Origin: Candidatus Uhrbacteria bacterium
GTDB lineage: Bacteria > Patescibacteriota > Patescibacteriia > UBA9934 > GWF2-40-263
Length of the DNA: 48,465 nucleotides
Direction of reading: 5' to 3'
NCBI GenBank assembly: GCA_016844925.1
Contig: JAERTI010000053.1
Coordinates: forward strand, 1-48,465
Below the pieces are notes generated by a model. The model did not search any database and was not told the DNA's origin. It saw nothing but the letters and a program-made list of their open reading frames with translations. Both the position numbers and the translations under genes were made by a program. The stretch's first letter is position 1; every line of letters starts with the position of its first letter. Of the stretch, positions 41,520 through 48,465 are shown in pieces.

Positions 41520-41861
41520 CTATTCCTTGCTGATCTGAATAATGCCGATCGACTGTGTGTAAGCCGGAAAGGTGCCCATGCGCATGCCGTGGTACGACAC
41601 GTTGCCAATCAAACCGTGCTCAGGGTCTTCCTTGAAGACAATTTGCACCTGATCCTTGTGGTGCGCTGGGTGCACGTAGATGCTTCCGCCTGCTGAGCGG
41701 ATTAGCGTGATCGTCGGGGGTGGGGGCGCCACACTGACCAAACCGGCCTCGGCCATCTTCAGGGCTTGTCCTCCGCAGTATGGGCAAATCGTTGCCGCTG
41801 CATGTTCTCCGCACAGGACTTCACCTCTGCACTCGTCAGAGTTACAGATCTTGATCTTCAC
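41520..41861 (-). CDS. Hypothetical Cys-cluster (putative Zn-binding) protein
   Basis: C..C..C..H..CPYCGG N-terminus; own promoter TTGACA-17-TACCTT at ~41916-41944 (minus). Confidence 0.62.
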   Translation of the reverse strand: MKIKICNSDECRGEVLCGEHAAATICPYCGGQALKMAEAGLVSVAPPPPTITLIRSAGGSIYVHPAHHKDQVQIVFKEDPEHGLIGNVSYHGMRMGTFPAYTQSIGIIQISKE

Positions 41862-41954
41862 ACAGGATCTCAGCTTTGGGCTTTCGCTTGGTTAAGCTCT
41901 GCATTGAGCGACTACAAGGTAGTCAACAATGGCGCTTTTGTCAATGGGTTAATG

Positions 41955-41984
41955 ACAAATAAAAATCACCCGGCTGGCGGGTGA
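41955..41984 (-). terminator. Terminator, copy 2 of 30-bp repeat
   Basis: Identical to 41443-41472. Confidence 0.82.
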
Positions 41985-42020
41985 GACGAGAACGGCTACG
42001 TAGAAGCTGTTCTGCTGTGT

Positions 42021-42647
42021 CTAGCGCGGAGCCCCCAGGCGGAGGCGGCGGTCGACGTTGGCGATGGTGGCCATCAGGACGTTGAGGGCCTCGACGGCAG
42101 CGGTGAGCTGCGGAGGGATCCGGTCCAGCTGGTCCATGACGGACGGGTCTCCGTCCATGGCCGCGACCGTGATCTGCGCGTGGCTCTCCTTGATCTGCTC
42201 GAAGATCGCATCGGCGGTCAGGCGCAGGACCTCGATGCCGTTGGTCCACATGGCGACCTTGAGGGCGGGGGTCATGAACTTCGCCAGGTCGGTGTAGCTG
42301 ATGCGCAGGGCCTCGACGGCGCCGTGCGCTCGGAGCGTGGCGCTCCGCTGACGGGTCGGGTCCAGGATGGCCAGCTCGCCGATCAGGTTGCCGACGTCGG
42401 TGATGGGCGGTACGTTGGGGACGGAGTCCACGCGGATGGAACCGCTGGCGAGCACCCAGCACTCGTCGGCGTCGAGCGAGCGCATCTGGCAGATGACGTC
42501 CGACTGCTTCCAGCTGACCGGCGTCGCGCGCTCGGCCATCTCTACGAGCGTTGCCTCATCGAGGTGCTGCCCGAACAGAGAGAGCTTCAGGAGCTCGGTG
42601 CGGGTCGCGAGATCGCCGAGGGTTTCGGCGGTGAAGGACTGGTCCAT
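42021..42647 (-). CDS. Cyclic-nucleotide-binding domain protein with C-terminal helical region, GC-rich
   Basis: LFG.HL, W...DVIC, VLASGSIRV, GELAILD...RSATLRA phosphate-binding cassette; GGAG SD before ATG at 42647. Confidence 0.85.
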   Translation of the reverse strand: MDQSFTAETLGDLATRTELLKLSLFGQHLDEATLVEMAERATPVSWKQSDVICQMRSLDADECWVLASGSIRVDSVPNVPPITDVGNLIGELAILDPTRQRSATLRAHGAVEALRISYTDLAKFMTPALKVAMWTNGIEVLRLTADAIFEQIKESHAQITVAAMDGDPSVMDQLDRIPPQLTAAVEALNVLMATIANVDRRLRLGAPR

Positions 42648-42872
42648 GGACAATCTCCGGGTCCAGGGTTTATAGATGAGCCGTTGCGTCGATTGCTCGT
42701 CGCGCGCGCACCGTAGCAGGGCGGTGACACCCTGACAAGCTATTCTGTTGTTCGTTACTGACAAAAATGCCTAGATTTGAGGTATTTTGGCTAAAAAAAC
42801 TAATGCCGCATCCCCGTTTTGAAGCCCGTTGCTTCAGGGGTTGCGGCCACGAAGGCGTCTAAATTGTTGAAA

Positions 42873-43241
42873 CTATCTGCGTGTAAACACTCCAGATTCA
42901 TAGTCCCACTTGAAGGTGATGCTTGCGTTGATGTCACCTTCTTCTTTTCCTGCAGCGCGACCAGCGTCGCTTACGTACGCCACTCTTGAGAACACACCCA
43001 GAACGATGGTGTTCGGATCGGTCGTCGACGGCACCACCTTGATGATGCATTCGTCCTCGATGTTCCCAATACCACACGTTCCTTCGGTGGCATTCATTAT
43101 TTGGATCATGAGATCCTCAGCGGTCGTCTTGTCACAGGTCTCGGTAGCCGGTGCGCTGTTGTGTGCATTGTCCGGCGCCAGCTGTATCGTGCACCCCGTG
43201 AGGGTGAGTAGAGCTGGGATGATCAGCAGTGATCGTCGCAT
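42873..43241 (-). CDS. Putative lipoprotein
   Basis: LTGC lipobox; AGGAGG SD; promoter TTGACA-17-TATAAA at ~43265-43293 (minus). Confidence 0.75.
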   Translation of the reverse strand: MRRSLLIIPALLTLTGCTIQLAPDNAHNSAPATETCDKTTAEDLMIQIMNATEGTCGIGNIEDECIIKVVPSTTDPNTIVLGVFSRVAYVSDAGRAAGKEEGDINASITFKWDYESGVFTRR

Positions 43242-43321
43242 GTAACCTCCTTGGGCGACACGTATTTATACGCCAATTTTGCATTATTGTCAATCCTGGT
43301 ATGATGACGTCGATTGAGATC

Positions 43322-43612
43322 ATGAAGAAAATTCATTCAAAAGGAAACGTTTGGAAATACGCTGCCGACACGGGGGCGTGGTTTTTTGTTACGTTGGATC
43401 CGGCTGCTCGAGAGGCCTTTGACTGCCGCAAAGGGAAGCGATGTGGATGGGGGCAGGTGGCTGTGAGGGTCACGCTGGGTAACACGGTCTGGAAGACATC
43501 GGTGTTTCCCGATAAGAGGCATGGCTATGTCCTGCCGCTCAAAGCGCAGATTCGGAAAAAAGAGGGGATTAAAAAAGACGACATGATCGAAGTAATACTT
43601 GAAATGATATGA
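43322..43612 (+). CDS. DUF1905 domain protein
   Basis: W.Y....AWFFV, GWGQV.V.VT.G...WKTSVFP, YVLPLKA.IRKKEG. Confidence 0.85.
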   Translation: MKKIHSKGNVWKYAADTGAWFFVTLDPAAREAFDCRKGKRCGWGQVAVRVTLGNTVWKTSVFPDKRHGYVLPLKAQIRKKEGIKKDDMIEVILEMI

Positions 43613-44337
43613 GCGCACTTGAAATAAAACAGCTGACAAAAAAATACGACGACACGGTGGCCGTCGATGGTCTTGATCTCACCATTAAGCGAGGAGAGTT
43701 CTTTGGGCTTCTTGGTCCTAATGGGGCAGGGAAGAGTACAACGATTAAATGCATAACAGGCATCGCACAGTTTGATCAGGGGAGCATTACGGTGATGGGG
43801 CATGATGTGCAGAAGGATTACCAGGCCGCACGTGCAACCATTGGGCTTTCACCGCAGGAGTTTAATGCCGATATCTTCGCACCAATCGAAAAGATCCTCG
43901 ATTACGTTGGTGGGTACTTTGGCATGGCTAAGGGGTTGCGAGAGAAACGCATTGAGGAAGTGATTAAACAGTTTGGGCTCGAAGAGCATCGAGGGAAGCC
44001 GTTTGGAAAACTCTCTGGTGGGCTCAAGCGCCGGCTGATTCTGGCACGTGCGCTCATGCACGATCCTGACATTCTTATTCTGGATGAGCCAACGGCCGGG
44101 ATCGACGTTGAACAGCGACATGCGCTTTGGGACCACTTAAGAGACTTACACAAAGCAGGAAAGACCATCATTCTCACCTCTCACTATCTAGAAGAAGTGG
44201 AGAAGTTGTGTGACCGTGTGGTGGTGATTAATAAAGGAAAGAAGATTGCTGACTGGGATAAAGCTCACTTCACCAAAGGGGAGAATAATCTTGAAAAAGC
44301 GTACCTTGAGCTTACGCGTAACGATCTGCAGGTATGA
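43609..44337 (+). CDS. ABC-2 type transporter ATP-binding protein (YadG-like)
   Basis: GPNGAGKST, LSGG, ILDEPT, SHY. Confidence 0.95.
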   Translation: MSALEIKQLTKKYDDTVAVDGLDLTIKRGEFFGLLGPNGAGKSTTIKCITGIAQFDQGSITVMGHDVQKDYQAARATIGLSPQEFNADIFAPIEKILDYVGGYFGMAKGLREKRIEEVIKQFGLEEHRGKPFGKLSGGLKRRLILARALMHDPDILILDEPTAGIDVEQRHALWDHLRDLHKAGKTIILTSHYLEEVEKLCDRVVVINKGKKIADWDKAHFTKGENNLEKAYLELTRNDLQV

Positions 44338-45095
44338 ACATGATTCGACTCACAACGGTTTCTCGACGCGAGATTCAGCGCTTCCTGCGTATCCCGATTC
44401 AGACATTGGTATCCCCATGGATCTCAGCAACGCTGTATATTCTGGTTTTCGGTGTGATTGTCGGGAGCCGAATCGACTTTCTTGAAGGGATCGACTACAT
44501 CGATTTTGTCTTCCCAGGTATCCTCATGCTCCAGCTCATCGGTGGGGCCGTGGGGCAGAGTTCGTCATCGCTGTACTTCCAGCGTTGGACGCATGTGATT
44601 GACGAGATGCTTTCCTCGCCGCTTTCTTATGCCGAGATGATTTTTGGATACATTATCGGGGCTGTTGCTCGCGCCCTGGCAGTCGGCATGGGAATCTATG
44701 TAATCGCCCTGTTGTTTACAGATGCGACACCTGACCATGTGTTTGCGTTTCTTTTTTACCTTGTGACGATTGCGATTATCTTCTCACTCATTGGACTCAT
44801 CATTGGTCTCTGGGCGGAGAAGTTTGAGCATCTGAACGTCCTGCAGTCATTTGTCATCACGCCACTCATTTATGTAGGAGGCGTCTTCAACTCCATCGAC
44901 ATGCTTCCCGAGTCCATGCAGGGGATTGCGCGCTTGAATCCCTTTTTCTACATGGTCGATGGCCTGCGCTACTCAATGATCTCGTATTCCGAGAGTCCGC
45001 TTGTTGCTGGTGCTGTGGGGCTTGTTACCGTCGCTGTTGTGTTGTTCCTGACGGTGTGGACACTCTTCCATCGCGGGTGGAAGCTGCGAGCCTAG
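44334..45095 (+). CDS. ABC-2 type transporter permease (YadH-like)
   Basis: Six TMs, RE..RF.R...QT...P, NP..YMVDG.RY; ATGA overlap with the ATPase. Confidence 0.93.
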   Translation: MNMIRLTTVSRREIQRFLRIPIQTLVSPWISATLYILVFGVIVGSRIDFLEGIDYIDFVFPGILMLQLIGGAVGQSSSSLYFQRWTHVIDEMLSSPLSYAEMIFGYIIGAVARALAVGMGIYVIALLFTDATPDHVFAFLFYLVTIAIIFSLIGLIIGLWAEKFEHLNVLQSFVITPLIYVGGVFNSIDMLPESMQGIARLNPFFYMVDGLRYSMISYSESPLVAGAVGLVTVAVVLFLTVWTLFHRGWKLRA

Positions 45096-45589
45096 AGTTC
45101 TTCTTTAATAATTTTCTCAATGAGCGCTTCAGGTTCCAGTCGAACCTTTAAGCCGCTCTCCAGTATGGTGTCGAACGTTGTGTGATGTGGTCGCACAACG
45201 TTTTTGAATTGAACACCTTTTGATTCAAGATCGCTGACAAGTGTTTCGATCGAATCTTGCTTAGGATAGATCTCGATGTGATCGAATCCGCTGACTTGAG
45301 AGTTGTTGGGTTTTTGATCAGATAGTTCCAAAAACCAAATATCTCCTAGTGAAGTTTTCAGTGGTTGGAGGAATTTAATGTAAGCAATAGGTCGACCTGC
45401 TATAGGGGATTGATGAATGTAGCTTGAATACGTTTCAAATAGAGTTCTGAGATATTCGAACTCTTCTCGGGAGCCGCATTTGTAACAAATGTGATCAGCA
45501 GTTGCTTGGGGTGTTGTGCTGGCGACCCAGGCGTCAAAAAATGTGACAGCTTTTTCTGCATCTAAGCGAAATGAATCGTAGGACATCAT
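45092..45589 (-). CDS. YecM-like VOC/glyoxalase-fold metalloprotein
   Basis: DHICY, I.GRPI, LEL, GFDHIE. Confidence 0.8.
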   Translation of the reverse strand: MMSYDSFRLDAEKAVTFFDAWVASTTPQATADHICYKCGSREEFEYLRTLFETYSSYIHQSPIAGRPIAYIKFLQPLKTSLGDIWFLELSDQKPNNSQVSGFDHIEIYPKQDSIETLVSDLESKGVQFKNVVRPHHTTFDTILESGLKVRLEPEALIEKIIKEEL

Positions 45590-45612
45590 ATGAAGTCTAT
45601 TCTACCTTGTAA

Positions 45613-45638
45613 CAAAAAACCCTGCTGTGGAGCAGGGG
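45613..45638 (-). terminator. Terminator of the dehydrogenase gene
   Basis: Minus strand ccctgct-ccac-agcaggg-ttttttg. Confidence 0.75.
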
Positions 45639-45655
45639 AGCGATCCGTGTGATCG

Positions 45656-46663
45656 CTAGAGGTTGGTCAGCAGGTGGCTGACGTAACCGCTCGTGCTCAG
45701 CGTGCCGCCGGGGAGGTCCCGGGTGCGGTGACGCTTGAGGGTCTCGATGACGCCGAAGCGGAGTGCCTGGGCCAGCTCGAGGTGGCCGACGTGCTCGAGC
45801 AGCATGGCGCCCGAGAGGATCAGGGCCGTGGGGTTGGCCTTGCCCTGGCCGGCGATGTCGTCGGCGCTACCGTGGACGGACTCGAACAGAGCGATCTTGT
45901 CGCCGATGTTGGCGCCGGGGGCGACACCCAGCCCACCGATCACGCCGGCGCACAGGTCCGAGAGGATGTCTGCGAACATGTTCTCGGACACGATCACACC
46001 GAACTGCTGCGGTCGCATCACCAGCTGCATGGCCATGGCGTCGACCAGCAGGTGGTCCGCCTTGATTCCGTCGTACTGCGCCGCCACGGTCTCGAAGGCG
46101 TCCGTGTAGGCGCGTCCCCAGACCTTGTGGATGTTGCGCTTGGTCACCAGGGTCACGCGCCCGATGCCGGCCTCACGTGCGTGGTTGAACGCTCGCAGGG
46201 CGAGGCGATGCATGGCCTCTTCGGTGAAGTGTGCCACCAGGCGCACCTCGCGCGTGCCTACGGGACCCACGGACTCCTCGGAGCAGGCGTAGAGCCCCTC
46301 GGTGTTCTGCCGGTACAGGACGAGGTTGACGTTCTGACTCGTGCCGGGCAAGCCGACCGAGACGGCCGGGCGCACGCCCGCGTACAGGTCCAGCTGCTGG
46401 CGCAGACGGACGTTGACGCTCTTGAAACCGCCACCACCGGGGGTGTTGGTCGGGCCCTTGATCGCCAGGCCGACCTGACGGATCAGGTCCAGGGTCTCCT
46501 CGGGGAGCTCGTTGCCGGTCTCTTCCAGGCAAGCGAGTCCCGCCTTGGCCTTGATCCAGTCGATCTTGCCTCCGGTCATGTGGTCCAGCACCTGACGTGT
46601 GGCCTCCATGACCTCCGGCCCGATGCCGTCGCCGTCGATGTACACAATCCGCAGTCTGTTCAT
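45656..46663 (-). CDS. Isocitrate/isopropylmalate dehydrogenase family, probably NAD-dependent (homo)isocitrate dehydrogenase; GC-rich
   Basis: GDGIGPEV, KGP, SVNVRLR, RQNTEGLY, NMFADILSDL, FESVHGSADDIAG, ANP; AGGAG SD; promoter TAGACA-17-TATAAC. Confidence 0.93.
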   Translation of the reverse strand: MNRLRIVYIDGDGIGPEVMEATRQVLDHMTGGKIDWIKAKAGLACLEETGNELPEETLDLIRQVGLAIKGPTNTPGGGGFKSVNVRLRQQLDLYAGVRPAVSVGLPGTSQNVNLVLYRQNTEGLYACSEESVGPVGTREVRLVAHFTEEAMHRLALRAFNHAREAGIGRVTLVTKRNIHKVWGRAYTDAFETVAAQYDGIKADHLLVDAMAMQLVMRPQQFGVIVSENMFADILSDLCAGVIGGLGVAPGANIGDKIALFESVHGSADDIAGQGKANPTALILSGAMLLEHVGHLELAQALRFGVIETLKRHRTRDLPGGTLSTSGYVSHLLTNL

Positions 46664-46727
46664 GTTGTTCTCCTGTGCCCCTCGTGCGGGGATGGAGGTT
46701 ATAACAAACGATTTCGATCTTGTCTAG

Positions 46728-46763
46728 AAATAAAAACCCCAGCGTTGTGCTGGGGTTTTCTTT
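46728..46763. terminator. Bidirectional terminator
   Basis: aaaaccccagc-gttgt-gctggggtttt. Confidence 0.75.
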
Positions 46764-46773
46764 GGTGGGAAGT

Positions 46774-47373
46774 TTATTTCCAAGTAAGGCTCTCAAGTGC
46801 AGCTGCTGCCGCTTCTTCGCCATCTGGATGTTGATAGGAGATGCGAATCGAGACGAGGCGGTCATCATGGATGTAGGAGTCACCGGGCCACCCAAGCTCG
46901 GTATAACGTCCTATTCCTTTACGGACAGATTCGTCTGCAAGGGTGGTTTCCTCGACGGACGCATGGTTGTTTTCAAGTTCTCGTGAGAGATAGTCATCGT
47001 TGAGTCGAATATCCAGGGAGAAGGCATTTGTGTCGTAGGTGGCCTCTACTCCAGGGCTGTCCTGGGGAACAAAGTTTCGAATAACGATTCGCTCAGAACT
47101 TGTGTCTGTGTCTTGATCAGCGTCTACGGTGATGATGAACTCATCTGTTTCAATAACGTCCTCACCAAGTTCATTTATCGTTATAGGTATGTCTGGTTCA
47201 AATTCTGGTGGTTGGTAATCAGCGGGGATTGGATCCAGTGTTTCGAAGATGCTCTCTGAGAGAACGGGATAGTCAGTTTCGCCAGATTCTTGGGTGACAT
47301 TACGTTCACAACCAGCACCTAGAAACAAGGCTGACAATGTGAGAATGGCGAGCCCAGCAAGTTTCTTATTCAT
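46774..47373 (-). CDS. Putative lipoprotein
   Basis: MNKK..hydrophobic..LGAGC lipobox; acidic mature domain. Confidence 0.78.
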   Translation of the reverse strand: MNKKLAGLAILTLSALFLGAGCERNVTQESGETDYPVLSESIFETLDPIPADYQPPEFEPDIPITINELGEDVIETDEFIITVDADQDTDTSSERIVIRNFVPQDSPGVEATYDTNAFSLDIRLNDDYLSRELENNHASVEETTLADESVRKGIGRYTELGWPGDSYIHDDRLVSIRISYQHPDGEEAAAAALESLTWK

Positions 47374-47378
47374 AGAAA

Positions 47379-48134
47379 TTATTTACGAGATCGCTTTTTC
47401 TTTTTTTGTTTTGGTGGAGGTCCTGGATCGAGTCCAACGAGCTTCTTTAGCTGCCTCACCTCACTCTCGGTCAGATGGCGCCAGTTTCCAACAGGGTAGC
47501 TCATAGGGATCTTAAGGGTTCCTACGCGTGTACGCTGAAGGGTGATGACGTCGTAACCTAGGGCTTCACACATGCGACGAATCTGTCGATTGCGTCCTTC
47601 GCGCAGAATGATGGCGAATTTGTAGGGGCCAAGCTGGCGAACTTTTGATGGGAGTGTTCGTCCGTCATCGAGGACAACACCGTTCTGCCAGCGGCCAATG
47701 TCGATTTTTTCGATTGGGCGGTCTACGCGTACCACGTACTCTTTTTCGTGTTCATAACGAGGGTGCATGAGGCGGTTTGAAAGAATGCCATCGTTTGTAA
47801 GCAAAAGGAGTCCTTCCGTTTTTACATCAAGACGGCCAACAGGGAAGATACGCTCGGGGTAGTCGAGCAGATCGATAATGTTGTCCTTCTTTCTTGTGTC
47901 GGTGGTAACAATGACCCCTGAAGGTTTATTCACCAAGAGGTAGATTTTCTTTGGTGGTTTTTTCCGGTCTCGTCCTTCAACGCGAACATCGTCGCCAGGG
48001 TTCACTTTTGATCCAAGGGTGGCGAGCTCATCGTTGATGAACACTTTCCCTTTTTCAATCAAACGATCAGCTTCTCTGCGGGAGCAGTAGCCGTGTGTAG
48101 AAAGGTATTTGTTAATGCGGATGGGTTCAGACAT
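47379..48134 (-). CDS. rluF: RsuA-family rRNA pseudouridine synthase (RluF/RluB-like) with S4 domain
   Basis: RINKYLS..G.CSRREAD, FPVGRLD catalytic Asp, EGRNRQIRRMCE; family call is firm, RluF versus RluB is not. Confidence 0.82.
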   Translation of the reverse strand: MSEPIRINKYLSTHGYCSRREADRLIEKGKVFINDELATLGSKVNPGDDVRVEGRDRKKPPKKIYLLVNKPSGVIVTTDTRKKDNIIDLLDYPERIFPVGRLDVKTEGLLLLTNDGILSNRLMHPRYEHEKEYVVRVDRPIEKIDIGRWQNGVVLDDGRTLPSKVRQLGPYKFAIILREGRNRQIRRMCEALGYDVITLQRTRVGTLKIPMSYPVGNWRHLTESEVRQLKKLVGLDPGPPPKQKKKKRSRK

Positions 48135-48230
48135 ATCGGGGGTAGGGTATAGGGGAAACCGTTTAGCGTCTAGTCTTAGGGGTTTTTGAAAGAAAAATGA
48201 CGCTCGGGGAGCGTCGGACGCGAAGTTGCG

Positions 48231-48465
48231 TCAGCGGGTCGGCGTGGAGCCGTCGGTGCACAGGCCGGTGAGGGCGTCGGGCGTCGAGGCGTCCGCGCAG
48301 GTGGGGGGCCTCAGGCCGGTCTTGAGCTTGTCGGCGGTCACGTTGACCTTGAGCCCGGAGCTCATGTCCACGTCCAGGCCTTCGGCGTCGATGCCGTCGC
48401 TGAACATCTCCACGAGGCCGGTGAACAGCGTCTCGTTGTTCTGGCCCGTCGGCGTCGTGGTGAAG
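48231..48465 (-). CDS. 3' end of a GC-rich hypothetical protein (partial, runs off window)
   Basis: Frame is open to the window edge (FTTTPTGQNNETLFTGLVEMFSDG...); followed by two hairpins and a T tract at 48190-48232. Confidence 0.7.
   Translation of the reverse strand, partial: FTTTPTGQNNETLFTGLVEMFSDGIDAEGLDVDMSSGLKVNVTADKLKTGLRPPTCADASTPDALTGLCTDGSTPTR

Noticed and set aside
45674-46834. 386-aa plus-strand ORF, and similar long antisense ORFs at 35768, 36892, 38705, 39189, 41000 and 42180
   Set aside because: Shadow ORFs opposite GC-rich genes whose codon bias removes antisense stops; no motifs or expression signals
35750-48465. Classical integron cassette array or prophage
   Set aside because: No intI, no recognisable attC RYYYAAC/GTTRRRY ends, mixed orientations and no phage structural genes

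Overview
Bacterial chromosome window (genetic code 11) that looks like Patescibacteria/CPR, probably Parcubacteria. This is inferred from the compact housekeeping set, mostly SD-less starts, VirB2-like pilin domains fused to giant Cys-rich surface proteins, and a GAGC lipobox. Layout: (1) 1-3265, a tandem array of at least four paralogous secreted ~318-aa proteins; (2) 3308-12807, housekeeping genes (topA, dprA, pth, der, LCP protein, lepB, hisS, rpsU); (3) 12813-29100, a surface-structure cluster: a YqeY-pilin fusion, a pilin-Ig protein, a 3588-aa giant adhesin-like protein (pilin, Ig/IPT, Cys-rich repeats, an embedded type IV pilin/GspG-like head, VWA) and three membrane-anchored DxDGDG-repeat proteins, running into ybeY-dgkA-ftsA; (4) ftsZ, nrdR, htrA, pyk; (5) 35750-48465, an accessory mosaic around tRNA-Asp in which stand-alone GC-rich genes with their own promoter, SD and terminator alternate with native-composition genes, with duplicated terminators. 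The most striking unannotated element is a complete classical Trp-type attenuator (leader peptide MTSLIHNTAWWHGLR, with 1:2, 2:3 and 3:4 hairpins) upstream of an orphan GNAT-fold gene rather than trp genes. All domain calls are from motif recognition by eye; no searches were run.
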